64,000 nucleotides of DNA, from NCBI RefSeq assembly GCF_009914755.1, contig NC_060935.1. The stretch is one strand, 5' to 3'. The DNA is from the human T2T-CHM13v2.0 reference genome, Homo sapiens. Made by a program: the position numbers and the translations under genes. Of the stretch, positions 24,480 through 41,306 are shown in pieces. The notes under the pieces were generated by a model, which saw only the letters and a program-made list of their open reading frames with translations, made no database searches and had not been told where the DNA came from. The number at the start of each line of letters is the position of its first letter. Position 1 is the first letter of the stretch.

Positions 24480-26293
24480 TTCAAGACCATTACACATTGG
24501 TATTCCTTAGACTATATGTCATGGAATTAATAATGGAGTCACAATAGTACGAAAAAGAGAAAGCATTTTGTCAGTTCCTGCTGAATGACGGGTTTGGGGT
24601 CTTAAGTATGTAATGAAGCCTTATCCAAATGACAATGCCACAATTATGAGATGAGATAAACAGATGGAGAAAACTTTGACACAACTCGTAGTTGTAGCTG
24701 ATGGCCATTTATAGATTGTGCAGACAATTTTGCCGCCAGGGATAAATATCAACAGACATGGAGCCAGGACATGAAACACAGTACCTATACAGAGATTCAT
24801 CTCATTCAAAAACATGTTCCCACAGGACAGTGTAAGTGTTGGGGTAATGTCACAGAACAGGTGCTTGATTTGTTTGGAACCATAAAATGGCAAAGAGAAA
24901 ACCTGGAATGTCTGCACTATCCAGACAGGAGTTCCAGTGATCCAGGAGCCAGCCACCATCTGGGTACAGACCTCATGGTTTATGAAGAGAAGATAGTGCA
25001 GAGGGTTACAAATGGCCACATAGCGGTCTTAGGCCATCACAGCCAGAAAGAAGCACTCTGTGGCTCCCAGTATAAGAAAGTGGCACATTTGTGTAGCCCA
25101 GGCAACTAAAGAGGTTATTCCACTCTGGGTCCCAAGATTAATGAGCATTCTTGGGAGAGTAACTGACAGATAACAAATTTCTAAGAAGGAAAAATTGCCA
25201 AAAAAAAATAGGTGTTTGGAGACTAAGGTCCAGCTTTGTTATTAGAACAATGGTACCACTGTCTAATAGCTACAGAAGGTAGCCAAATGCCTAGGCAGAT
25301 AGGGGCAGGTACCCTGTGAAACCCCACCTCCAAGCCAAAGACAGTTTAAAGCCTGAAAGCCAAGCTACAAGTTAAGTCCTTGGACTGGATTGAGAACTTG
25401 TCTTCCTGTTTGGCATACTTTCCACTGATTGATCCCCATACTTCACCTATTTTACATATACTTTCCCTTTCCTAATTGGTTTTCTACACTGTTGTGCCCA
25501 CATTTGAGTGATGTCTTTGCTTTGACCTCTTTTGCACACTCACAAACCAATCAGCACACACTCCCTGTACTGTGCTTATAAAGACCCCAGAGTTACTTGG
25601 TAGAGAAGAAGCTGGCTTGACTTTGGGGAAGAGACAACCTCATTTCAGGGAAGATGACCTGCCCTTCCCGTACCCTCTCCAGCTCCCCTCTCCCCTGAGA
25701 GCCATTTTCATCACTCAATAAAGTTCTCCAGGTTCACCATCCTTCAATGAACCATGTGCCTCATTCTTCCAGATGCTGGACAAGAGTCAGGACTCACCAT
25801 ACCAGAAAAGGCTGTCACACTAGCCCTTTGCTTCACCAGTGGAGGGCAGCCACCCCACGTGATGAGGCAAGGGACCAACTGAGCTGCTAACATACTGCTA
25901 TCCGTGGATGGTAGAATTAAAGGAGCACTGTAACACCCTCTCTGGGGCTTTGGGGTCACAGGCACTCTCACCTGGGTGCTGCCACATTCCCCTTGAGGCA
26001 ACATGCCTGGTCTAGCCACGGGTCCTGCATGGTGCTTGCTTCTCTGTTGACACTCAGAGTGACTGGATGGATCCTGCACTTGCTCGCTCACATGTTCCCT
26101 CCAGCAAGGAGTTGAGCACAGCAGACCGAATAGGTGGGGTGTTTCTTCCCTGAGTCCAGTGAAGGGGCCAAGAAAAATTCTACATCAATACCACTGGAGA
26201 TGGGGAACATCAGCACAGCCCAAGAGAATAAGTTTCATCAATTTAGTTCCATTCAGTTAGGTTTTTTTCTTGTGGTTTTTGCTGGTATTTCAT
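24480..26293 (-). pseudogene. OR10AF1P: Family-10 OR pseudogene split by a solo LTR
   Basis: ATG at 26293 MKYQQKPQEKNLT..., then MKLILLGCADVPHLQW, LTR, DSGTIVLITKLDLSLQTP, frameshift, [14 protein letters not shown] (TAA 25029-25031), stop at 24621, degenerate YSLRN. Symbol from recalled gene order. Confidence 0.85.
25264..26187 (+). mobile_element. ERV1 solo LTR (LTR27/LTR28/MER52-like group)
   Basis: Starts TAATAGCTACAGAAGG (degenerate TG start), CCAAT and TATAAA boxes, AATAAA about 25717, ends GAAAAATTCTACATCA; no clear TSD. Confidence 0.8.
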
Positions 26294-26504
26294 CCATGTA
26301 AGTGGTAAATTTAACATGTGCTTTTCAATTTGCCTCTATAGATGGATACTTGTTCTCTAAATGTATCAGGACATCCACATCAATTTTTATAATAACTGCA
26401 ATTTTTTCCAATATAAGAATGTAACTATTCATGTACTTCCCACTTTTCCAGGTCAGAACCAATAGCTTATCACTGTACACATGCCTCTAAAGTTTCTTGA
26501 TTTT

Positions 26505-26850
26505 CTTACTTTTATTTTTTATTTTTTGAAAACAGGGTGTCACTCTGTCATCCAGGCTGGAATCCAGTGGCACAATCATAGCAGCTAACTGTAAGTTTGA
26601 ACTTCTGGCCTCTAGTGATCCTTCTGCCTCAGTCCCCAGAATAGCTAGAACTATGAATCCTGCATCACCACTCTTGGCTTTTCCTCTTCTTCTCCTTCTT
26701 CTTTTTCCTCCTCTTTCTCCTCCTTCTCCATGTTTTTTTACAGAGACAGGGTCTCAGTTGCCCAGGCTGGCTTTGAACTTCTGGCCTCAAGAGTCCCATC
26801 TTGAAGTTCCAAAGCACTGGGATCACAGGCATGAGCCACTGCGCCGGGTC
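26505..26850 (-). mobile_element. AluJ with CT-rich expanded linker
   Basis: Diverged Alu arms. Confidence 0.85.
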
Positions 26851-26880
26851 CCTGAAGTTTCTTTAGCATTATGCCATTAT

Positions 26881-27200
<320 letters not shown>

Positions 27201-27343
27201 AAGAATTATGCCATTATATCTCTGAAAACAGCCCAGGATGAACCAAACTACCCTACTCAGCATAAGCACTGCAACTGCTGAAGGCCCACAGCTTTTCCAT
27301 ATGATCTGTTTATTTACTTTTCTTGAAAATTCTATTTTACTTC

Positions 27344-27700
27344 TGATATGGCTTGGCTGTGTCCTCACCCAAATCTCACCTTGAATTGTAATAATCCCCA
27401 TGTGTCAAGGGCAGGACCTGATGGAGATAAATGAGTCATGGGGGTGGTTTCTCCCTTACTATTCTTGTGGTAGTGAATAACTCTTGCGAGATCTGATAGT
27501 TTTGTAAAATGGGAGTTTCCTTGCACAAGCTCTCTTGCCTGCCGCCATGTGAGACGTGACTTTGCTCCTCATTTGCCTCCTGCCATGATTGTGAGACCTC
27601 CCTAGCCATGTGGAACTGTGAGTCAATTAAACCTCTTTCATGTATAAATTATCCAGTCTCAGGTATATCTTTATTAGCAGCGTGAGAACAGACTAGTACA
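27344..27700 (+). mobile_element. THE1 (THE1C/D-like) solo LTR
   Basis: TGATATGGCTTGGCTGTGTCC...GACTAGTACA with perfect 5-bp TSD ACTTC (27339-27343, 27701-27705). Confidence 0.92.
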
Positions 27701-30700
27701 ACTTCTCTGTAATTTTTCTCTATCATGATTCAGTAGCACTATATCATCGATTGCCTTATCTCCTGAATTCTTACCTGTCTATGCCAACTGTCCATTTCCC
27801 TCTCATCACTTTATTTGACCATAGCTATCCTTATCATAGCATTCATGTTGTTAGGCAGTTTAACAACAACAACAATAACAAAATGAGAGAATGACTTATT
27901 GCACTTAGAGGAAGAAAACAGTATCTGTTGGTATGATACTAAGTGGAGAATATAGGAGAGTTTTATTCAGAAAAAGTAGCCTGGGAACATGGATCCAGGT
28001 TGAAATAATAAAGGGAGTATGGCTGGGGGAAACAGAAATAGCTTATGTGGCATAGATGATACCTGTGAGTAGGTGTGCTGGGCATGAGGAGAAAAGATAT
28101 TAGCCCGTTATGTTAAATGTTGTGCACTGTTTGTGCCTCACAATTGTTCCCCCTAAAACAGCTTTTCAGATAAGATTTCTAACATCATTTTTCTTTATAC
28201 ATCAGGAAGGATACGTTAGAACTGCTTTAACATAATAATACATTTCCTGCTACAAGTTAAATATTAATTTTGAATTTTCAAATATTATAAACAGAACCTT
28301 CAGATCAGTATAAAACAGTTCATATTTACTTTTCTTATATAGGTTGATGCTGATGTTTTTCTCACTGTAGAGGATTTAAATATTTAGATATTTAAATTAC
28401 TTTTGGTGAAGCACTTGTACATCAAACATATTCAACCCACTTTGAAAACATTCCACTCTTTCTAAACATAAAACGCTCTTTAAATAAAACTATAGCAGTT
28501 ATCTCTACCTTAGGACCTCTCCTGCCTGACACATTAAAATTTTTGATTTATAATTAAAATTTCGGTGTATCTTTTGCATCCACTAAATTGCTTTATTTAA
28601 TTTTTCCCAGTTACTGCTTTACTCTACTTAATATGGAGCCTCTGTTCCTATTAAACTGAGCACTTAAATATGTTTTATTTGTAATTTTGTCTTCCTAAAA
28701 TGATTTCCCTGATCCAGATTTGTGGTAAGCCTGTGTAACAGTTGTAACAATCTGTTACAAAAAACAAATCTTTACTTAGGATAAAATCAAAATCTGGAAT
28801 AAGTCCAGCTGAGATAGTGGTAAAGACACCAGGAAAGCTCTCTGTCTCTTCCAGGCTTCAATTTGTGAATAACAATTTTTTTTTTCCTGAATTAGGTAGT
28901 TTAAGAATCTTGTCTTGAAGTCGGGTTTCTCATGTCACTAATCAATGTTGCTTCGTATTATATATTTAGTAAATGGTTATTTCTAGTGGTTTTGATAATT
29001 AATAGAAAATATTTCCAAGAGAGGAACTTCTATATTACTGTGATAACAAATAGGAATCAGGAAAGTTTATTACAAAGTATCAGGAGCCATGTGCCAGAGA
29101 CCATGGGAGGTGAGGAACAGGTAGTGATACCTCAAAGGGGAGCCAGACGTGTCCAAGCAAAGCAGAATATTGAGATGCCAGCCATAGCTGAACTATTTCA
29201 GGCGCACAGGTAACAGGTAGCTAAGCTGAAAAAAGATTTCTAAAGTCTCAACGTAAGGACAGTGTAGTACTGACATAGATAGAGATATTTTCTGATGCCA
29301 TAGAATAGGAAACCAAGGAAAAAAAAGACTCAAATACAAATGAGAATGTATTGCCTAATAAATAATGCATACCAAATTTATGAAATTTTGACATTTAAAA
29401 TACACGTTATTGGGATACCTGGGGAACATTTCAGGAAAAAAAACACATTTTATTCATAGTTCATACTACAATATGATAAACTTTAAATCATATACAAGTT
29501 TAGGTATTTTAGAAAGTAAAACAATGAAAGCAAATAATAGCAATCTAAGCAAAAATTTTTATAATTCTGGAGCAATGAAAGTTAATCTACCAATGACCCA
29601 AATGTTAGAATGTAGAACACAATTTAAAAAAATGTGTAAAAATAAATAATTTTGCATGGTTAAAAGAAATGAGCCCTAAAGTAAAGTAAAATAGTATTGA
29701 TAGAATGAAAAAAATACTAAGTATATCTCCAGTAAAGTGCTATTTGCCCTTCTGAACAATGCTTCAAATATCCAGGAAAAGTCCAAAATACAAATAGTAA
29801 AGTAGACCAAACAATTTAAGTAACAGTTCACAGAAAAGGGAGGAAAATTATCCCTCAATCATAGGTACAAATACTCAACTTCATTCATAAAAAATTAATC
29901 TGTACATTGATGCAGTTTAAAAAAATTATAAGATATTCTCCTATACATTATGTATTCCACATATAGGTAGGAATATGGCATCTTTGACTAACATCATAGT
30001 GTGTCTACTCTTTGAATCAATCCATAAATCATGCATGCATATGAATATTTATTCAGTAACAGGATGTTGGAGTATTGTTTATACTTGAAAAAGAGCAAAC
30101 CAACTAAGTGCGAACCATCTTGTGAGTTCTCTCTCTCTGAATGACAGCCTTGAATTTAACAGTGTTATCTATTGTTTTTTCTTCCATAGCTAGTGAATGC
30201 CACTAAATATGAGTATTATAATTTCTTCAGATTTTTCCAGTGCTTCCAGAAAAAACACTAGCTTACTGTGATCTAGTATATCTTAATTAGATGTGAAGTC
30301 GTTTATTTCTTTGTGTTAAATGTTGGAAATTATATATGGCTTGGTTTTTAAGTGTATCTATTCATAGAAATTATTATTCATTTCTCAAAATGGTTCAATA
30401 GTGTCACATTACTTAGGTCATATTTTGTTGTCAATTGTTATTTTTTGGAGAAGATAAAAGGAAATTTGCTTTACTGAATTGTTTCAGGCAAAAATAGCAA
30501 CATGATATAAAAATGTTAAAGAGTATTGGATGTTTCTCTCCATTATAAACATGATACATTTGTAAAAGAAAATTTGGAAATCAAAGGTAGGAATATATAT
30601 ATAATTATATATTATGTAATAAAAATTTATATTAAAATATTAATTTACATTATATAACTTTAATTCTAAAATATATTTTTTATATATGCATAATATACAT

Positions 30701-30799
30701 ATAGTCATATGGTGTTGTAATTATCAGACATCCTTATATACTGTCTACTTCTGTACTTATTTAAAAGGAAATATACAGTGAATATAGCTTGTTTTGCTC

Positions 30800-31940
30800 A
30801 ATGATACACTTCATCGATGTTGTACATGTTTGTGTTTGTACATTTTGATCATTCTCTAATTTTCCCTTCTGTGAAATTATCACAATCATTTTTCCATTCT
30901 AATTCGATAAGTATTTGCAACTCTTAGTCATGCTAAGATGAGCATTCTAGCAGGAGTTCCCTTCCATGCTGGGTAGACACCTAGCAATTAGATTTCTGCT
31001 GGGTAGAGACGTAGCAGTTGGGTTCTCTGGATGGGGGCAGGCTGGTTGCTAAATTGGTGGACCAATTTACATGCCAGAATTGTATGAGTCCCCATTGTTT
31101 CACATCTTATATACAAGCAGTGTGGTCAATGTCTTTTTGTTCTTTTCCCTCTCTTTCTCTGTATCATTCCCTCTTCATTTGAGTCATCCTGATAGGAGTA
31201 TTATGGATCTCATCTGGTTTTAATTATCATTTGGTTAGTAATGGATTATTGTCTTTTTTTCCTTGGCCATTTGTGAAGTGCCCTTCATGTTTCTTAACAA
31301 TTTTTCTCCCAAATTTTCTGTGTTTTTGATTGGTAGCACGTTAAGTATGGTGGATTTAATCACTTTGCACTGTAAAATTTTATTCTGAATTACTTCTTTG
31401 GAGAAAGATAACTTCTTAACCAATGAAGTTCAATTTATCAGTGTTTTCCACTATAGCAAATAACTGTATTAAAATATTTTTCTCATGCCAAAATCCTGAA
31501 AATAAGATACATAAGCTTTGAAATATTTATTGTACTATATTTCATATTTAGGTTTACAAGCTACCTGAAATTATGGTTTTAATAAACAGTGTGAAGTAAG
31601 GGTGAACTTTTTTCTTTCCTGTTTATACATAAACATTTAATTAGTTTAGTAAAACTTATTAAATAAACATACTTTCTACAGTAATCTGCAGCGCTACTTT
31701 TTTCATATTTAAGTATGTCCATGTGCTGAGTGGGCTTTGCGCTCTCTATTATGTGCCATCTGTTCCTTTATGTACTGTAAAATTATATCACACTGTCAGA
31801 ATTTCTGCAGCATTGAAATAATATTGAAATAAGTCCTGATGCCCAGTAAAGTGATTCCTCCCTCTTTACTCTTCTTCAAGAGGCCTTGGCTACTATTAGC
31901 TGTTTTCTTTCCACAGTTTTAGAAGCAGGTGATAAATTAG

Positions 31941-31971
<31 letters not shown>

Positions 31972-32350
31972 GAGAATAGGATTTCATTGTATTTTAATCA
32001 ATTGTGGTTCATATTGGGGGAAATTGACATCTTTGACTGTATGGAGAAAACATGTTTACTCATTTATTAACTCTAATAATCTTTAGATTCTTAAAGATGT
32101 TCTATATATATATGTTTATCTCTTCTGTCAGTGATTAGATTTATTTCCAATTTCTCAGACTTTTTTCTTTCTTAAAATGCATAATCTACCATCTCTAGTA
32201 GAATTATTTAATAAAAACTGTAAAAAGGAGCATCTTTTTCTTGGTCTTGGTCTCAATTGCAGAAATACATATTTCAACATCTTTTCACTTAAGTGTGGTG
32301 TTTACAACTCAGATTATAACACAGATCTCTTTTTTATTGAAACCTAAACA
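30800..32350 (-). mobile_element. Old L1ME fragments with internal (CA)n at about 31941-31968
   Basis: T-rich degenerate L1 antisense motifs. Confidence 0.55.
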
Positions 32351-32691
32351 TTCTGTGTACTATTTGGAATCATGAGTGTAGAAACACTTTGGCTGAGGTT
32401 CTATTGTTAGTCTTTACTGTGGGTTATTCTTTAAATCATGAAGAGGCAACATGAAGGTATAGATTATATACAACATCTAAACATATAAGCCTATAGTTAT
32501 TCAACAAATAGTATCCAAAAAGCAAACATATACAGTACTCTTTACTAGTTGACATATTTTTAAAAAGCTAATGATAATGATATAAAGGATGAGAGGAATA
32601 AGAATTTACACTATGATTTTTAGGGGAAATATTGAGATATGAATGGCTAGACAAGGAAGCAGGTCGAGGTCACTGTTCTCATTGTCTAAGG

Positions 32692-33264
32692 TGTTATTCG
32701 AGCTCGTTGTCTCACCACCAAGAAAATTAAGGAGTGTGGACGCAAAGGGTGAGGTTGGAGCAAAAGTTTAATGAGTGAAAGAAGAAAGCTCTCTGCAGGG
32801 GAGAGGGAAGCTCAAGTGGTTTTTTTTCTGTTTTTACAGTTGAATCCAAAAGCTTTTATAAGAAACTCCTCTCAGTTCTGTAGCTGTTTGAGTGACTTTT
32901 TTTTTAATCTGAAAATCTGTCTGCACAACTCCCCCTTATCTATGTAGTTGTGGTATGTCTCTAGGCAGGCACAAAGCGCCGCTTCTCTTGTTTGTATAAC
33001 TGTGGGTTTGTTTTAGGTAAACCCCCTTCCTCCCTGTGTAACTTCCCACGGAGCCCACTCTGTATATACCTGAAAAGGGGGCGGGGGGAAACCAGTTACA
33101 CAAAGAACAAAAGGCTTCTGTGCTTCTTATCTGTGCAGGTGCAGTCTGACTTTTTTCCAGGCTGCTCTATTTTTGCCTGTAGCTGTGATTTTTCAGGCAG
33201 GCTGCTTCTCCAAGGACCAGCCTTAACCTTTTACCTAACTGATTTTTCCTTTTCTTCTCCCTCA
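32692..33264 (-). mobile_element. ERV1 solo LTR (MER83/MER84/LTR29-like)
   Basis: Minus strand TGAGGGAGAAGAAAAGGAAAAATCAGTTAGG ... GAGCTCGAATAACA, TG...CA termini. Confidence 0.7.
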
Positions 33265-33539
33265 GTAAGACATACTATGTTTTTTAGTAAATAATCCCAA
33301 GATACTAATGAATTTGTGCAAGGACTTGTGGAGTAAATATAAGTTTGTTGAAAACTTATTCATTGAAATTGCCACCTCTTTGGTTATAATTATGATTTCA
33401 GAAAGTCCAGCATAAAATGAGAAATTCCGTAATTAGAAAGCAAAATTAGCCAACATTAAGTCAGGAAAATAAGGTAACAATTTCTGATAAGATAATGGCA
33501 GAATTAAGTGAGAAAATGGATAAATCAGTAGTTAATGCA

Positions 33540-34760
<1,221 letters not shown>

Positions 34761-36354
34761 TGTGAAAACAGTGAAATTAATTATTTATCCTTTTGGCTTG
34801 GTTTTAAACCACTAGAGGCGTTTGAATGAGTAGCATATAAAATTTATCATCTCCATTTCTACTCTACTATTTTAAATCTTATGATCAAAGAACATAACTG
34901 AAGTCTAATGTCAAATATACACTAAATCCTTAACATATTAAAATAATTATATATAATACTAGATTTGCATTTGAATGACAGCAAATGGCTCTAGAATTAT
35001 GCATTTCCAATTTTTGCTTGTATATGAACAAATTAAAGTGAGGCTTCTTATCACACATATAAACAAAAAGAATCTTGAAGCAAAAGCAGTTATATTTCTC
35101 ACATTTCCCAATGGAATGTACACCATTAAATTTTGAATTGTATTTTTCAATAACGCCTCAACTCTTCCATGAAGCCTTTTGCAAGTACAGCATGTGCCTT
35201 CCCTTCCACATCACATGATTATGGCTCTAATATTTTGTTCATATACCTCTCTTTGAAACTATATCCTGTTTCACTTATCTATCAAAATAAAATGATCATT
35301 GCTTTCTTATGCTTCACAATCCTACTCTATTTTCTCATGAAGCAAATGTCTACTAAATGATTTTGCTTGTTTGTTTTCTTTTTTTTTTAAGCCTTGTGGT
35401 TGGCCATTAATAAAGACAATATAGAATAAATTGCACTGATATGATTTCAAGAAATTCGCCTCATTTATCTAACCTCAGATGTCTCACTGTGTGCCATGGG
35501 TCATTCTCATTTTAATAATATAGCTGAGATGCAGCATATGGAAATCAAAACTGAGATGTGAAAATTATAATACATTATAATTTTTAGATAGTTGTCTGAA
35601 AGATCAAAAGAAGAGAATATTCATTTTGGATAGAAAGCATGTGAAAAAGTCTGTCTCATTAGTGAGCTATCAGACAGGATGCTGTTTGACACATGAGACA
35701 AGATGTGGTCTCCTTAAATGGTTCTCAGTTATCTGTCATATGTATTTTATATAATAATGTGTAAGTTACATCATAGTCAAGTAATCCAGGATATTTTATA
35801 AATATGAAATACTTTAACCATCAATTAAGATGAGTCTTTGAATTCATTATAGATTATTTTAAATTAGAGTGCGATCTTGATGTATAATCCCTAACACCTA
35901 AACTATGTATTTATGTGCTATTGGCACATAAATATTGCCAATTGATATTGTTTTAGGGCAATTTATACATGTGCCTTCTCTGTGCCTGACAACTTCCCAT
36001 AAAGCTGAGACAGTGCTTCTCATTTCCTTGTATAGACCCATAGAAGGTGTTAATGAGTTTGGGCATATAATATTTTTGTGAATAACTATTTTGGATTTAA
36101 TTTAATGTAAATCTACTATAAGACTGCATTATTCTCAAAAAAGAGAGAACAAAAATTCCTGACAAAACATCCAATGTCATAGGAGACCCAAGTAAATACA
36201 TATTTACAAATGGAAAAAGGAAATGGTAAGTGCTAGTTAACACGAAAAAGAAAACACACCAAGTGTTTTCTTTACGTAGTTATCATTTCCTTTATGTGCA
36301 TAATGTTATTTGAATATGATTTTATCCTATTTGATGGATAAATGTCAAATTATT

Positions 36355-36372
36355 TTATTTTCCTTTCCTTTA

Positions 36373-36406
<34 letters not shown>

Positions 36407-36676
36407 TTAGACAGGGTCTTGCTGGAGTGCAGTCCTGCAAACTGGGCTCACTATAGCCTCGACCTGTCTGGCTCACAGGATCCTCTCACCTCAGCCTCCC
36501 AAGTAGCTGGAACCACAGGCGAATGCCACCATGCCAGGCTAATTTTTTAATTTTTTTGTAGACACAGGATCTTGCTATGTTGCCCAGGCTGGTCTCAAAT
36601 TCCTGAGCTCAAGGCACCCTCAGGCTTCAGCCTCTCAAAGTGTTCAGATTCCAGGTGTGAGTGACTGCGCCCGGTC
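36355..36676 (-). mobile_element. AluJ with (TTA)n tail
   Basis: Diverged Alu consensus. Confidence 0.88.
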
Positions 36677-37590
36677 CATTATCACATTCTTTAATCATCA
36701 AGTAGGATGACTCTGAATCCATTATAGATTATTTTAAATTATAGTGTGATCTCAATTTAGAGAATGAACTGTAAGTACAATCACAGTGTTCATAAATCTT
36801 TCAACAATGGCTTTCTGAAATTCAGTAATTTTTCATTACATCTCAAAAAAACAAAACTGAAGTGTTTGCTTAAAGTTTTGAGCATACCGTTGAAGATGCT
36901 AAAAAAAAAAACTGTGAGAAAAATCAAGAGATGACTTGGAAATGATAGCTACCACATTTGTACGTTATTATTATTTTAAACCTACTATTATAAGAAAATC
37001 TAGGAAAAATATGTCTGAGAAAAATATTAGAAATTTGGTCTCCCATAACCTAGGGAGCATCTTGTCATATATTGAGTCATAGAAACGTACGTAAATATAA
37101 ACCAATATTTTCCTTAGAAGAAATTATGCCAAATAAGTTTCTATTGTGCCACTGATAGATGACCATCACTAAACAAGCTGTATTTACGTAGGGTTGTCTG
37201 AGCTTCAAAGTGATTAGTATTACTTTTGTTTTGTTTCCTCCATAATTAGGAAGGGAGAAATCCAACTATGAAGGCTTTGATTGAATAAAATTTTTGTGTT
37301 TAAAAACTTGTTTACATGCTGAATTTTGAATCTATTGAATCTTGATTCTCATATTTCTACAATGTTTTAAAATAACAAATACAAAGGTTATAACATTTAA
37401 AATAATTTGTATGTTTCTAGATTTTGTTATAGCTCTCTGCTAGATTTAGTTATAGCTTTCTCAGTAGAAGAGTTTAAGTACATGTTAATATATAATTATA
37501 TATTGTGTAAATATAATATGCATATTCATTACTTTAAATTGTGTTAATAAAATACTTTTAACAAATTTTTCTTCTCATGACAGAAACTCA

Positions 37591-37934
<344 letters not shown>

Positions 37935-38681
37935 TTATCTTTAAATAAAAATATTCTTCTTTTGCTACTGATTACATTTATTTCCCATATGTCACCTTAA
38001 TATTTAACTTTGTGCTTCTGCTGATCACTCATTTAGAATTTTCGACAGACACTCTGGCCAAAGCTGCCCTTCACAACAGTCATCCAGTGGAATTCAGTTC
38101 CCTGGCCACCCACCCCGCCAACCCCACTAAATCTTGGCAGCAGCAAGAATACTCTTGAGAAAGCAACACTTCTTAATGCCATCTATAATTCCCTGGAGAA
38201 TATTTAAATTGTGTCTTTGAGTTCCTTTCTTATCTCTGTTTCTTAATGTTTCTCCTTAATTCTTGCACCTGAGTCTTAGAATGTGGGAACATTAGACTCT
38301 TATATATTACATGCACATGCTTTATTTATTATGATCTATTTCTTTTTAAAACCAACACTATCGTAGTTGGAGAGTTAATTATTTTTGTCAAGGACAACAT
38401 GGGTGCTATTACAAGCTGTATCTCCTGTCTGTGATAAATAGAACTATTTTAAATCTGATATATATCAGAGAAAAAAAATTATCACAGTCCCTGCTATCAT
38501 TTCTAACCAACTTCCTTGATCTGTGTGAAAATTATTGTTAGGTATAACAGAGACTTTTGTACTCACTCCCACATCACATTCTAATTTGAAACAAAATGTT
38601 ATTTGATCCATGCCCTTTTCTCGTTCTCTCCCAATTTTGCTAAGACCAAACTCTTTATGCTTGCCTCAGTTTCTAAGTTGA

Positions 38682-38987
38682 TTTTTTTTTCTTTTTTTTT
38701 TTGAAACAGGATCTCATTCTGTCACCTGGGCTGGAGTGCAGTGGCACCATCACGGCTCAAGGCAGCCTCGACCTCCTGGGCTCAGATGATCCTCCCACCT
38801 CAGCTTCCCAAGAAGTTGTGACTACAGACGTGGGCCACCATATCTGGCTAATTTCTTAGTATTTTTTGTAGAGACAGGGTTTTTTCCATGTTGCCCAGGA
38901 TCGTCTCGAACTCCTGGGCTCTAGCGTTCTTCCTGCCTTGGACTCCCAAAGTGGTGGGACTACAGATTTGAGCCACAACACCTGGCC
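38682..38987 (-). mobile_element. AluJ
   Basis: Alu consensus with J-type positions. Confidence 0.88.
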
Positions 38988-39132
38988 TTCTGAATTTTTA
39001 CTTGAAAGTAAGATAGACAGAACTTCTCACATAAATTTACTAATCCCATTTGAAAGTAGATTTTAATTAGCTTTTGCTTTTATACATTTTTATCATTTTC
39101 TTCAGATTTTAACATTTGTTTATTGAATAACT

Positions 39133-40005
<873 letters not shown>

Positions 40006-40474
40006 ACTTAAAAGGCATTGAATATACCATTACCATTGTGGATATAGAGTTGATCTACACCTTTTGTTAGAAAAGCTCTCTTTATCTGGGAATGTATGGA
40101 TGCCTAGATTTTTACTCTTGGTGAAGATAAGATCAGATAAGATAAGATATGGTATTCTGTATAAGGTCTAAAACAACTCTGGAACCTCAGTCACTTTCTT
40201 TTTAGATGGTTTGTGACTGCTGTAATGAGTTTGACAACCTGACTTGATAAAATGACAACAGAAATTATACTCCACCTCAATTCCCTTTACTCTCTGACCT
40301 CTCCAGAAATCCATATTCTTTCCACAGTTCACCTGATGTTATTAATAAGTAAGAATGTAATTTCTTGTATGGGAAAGAAAGGGCCCTGGGAATTTCTTCT
40401 TGCTGAATACTCTAAGACATTCAATGCATGCCTGCAGTTTTCCTTTTCTCGTAAACAATATTTTTTAACTTCAT

Positions 40475-40785
40475 TTGTTTTTTTTGTTTGTTTGGTTTGG
40501 TTTTGAGATGGGATCTTGCTGTGTCGCCCGGGCTGGAGTGCACTGGTATGATCACAGTCTATTGTAGCCTCAAACCCCTAGGCTCAAGCACTCCTCCTGC
40601 CTCAACCTCCCAAGTAGCTGGGACCACAGGCACATGTCAACATGCCAGCTTATTTTAATTTTTTAGTGGAGTCACAGTTTCACTATATTGCCCATACTGC
40701 TCTGAAATTCTTGGTCTCAAGTGCTCATCCTGGCCTTGGTCTCCCAAAGTGCTAGGTTTATATGCGTGAGTCACCATGCCTGTCC
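40475..40785 (-). mobile_element. AluJ
   Basis: Diverged Alu consensus. Confidence 0.85.
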
Positions 40786-40999
40786 TTTGACTTTAAAAAA
40801 TCCTTCTTTGGGTACATTCTGTATAATCTGGTGAATCCTTTCAAATACTCAAATTAGAGAAAACAGTACAAATGTATTTATTTTCTTTAGGCTTAATAAT
40901 GATACATAGGAAATATTTGATCAATGATTTGACAATATTTAGAGATATATATTTTCTTAATTGGGTTGATATGGTGGGATATCAAAAAATTAACTTACC

Positions 41000-41306
41000 G
41001 GCCAGGTGCGATGGCTCACGCCTGTAATCCCAGCATTTTGGGAGGCCGAGGAGGGCAGATCACTTGAGGTCAGGAGTTCAAGACCAGTCTGGCCAACATA
41101 GTGAAACCCCATTTCCTCTAAAACCACAAAAATTAGTCGGGCATGGTGGCACGTGACTGTAATCCCAGCTCTTGGGAGGCTGAGGTGGGAGAATTGTTTG
41201 AACCTGGGAGGTGGAGGTTGCAGTGAGCTAAATTTGGGCCACTGTACTCCAGCCTGGGCAAAAGAGCAAGACTTCATCTCAAAAAAAAAAAAAAAAAGAA
41301 AGAAAG
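41000..41306 (+). mobile_element. AluS
   Basis: Alu consensus; TSD AAAATTAACTTACC. Confidence 0.92.

Noticed and set aside
34808-34822. CTCF-like CCACTAGAGGCG, and GGCCATCTAAGTGGCC at about 45669
   Set aside because: Each has an indel in the core motif.
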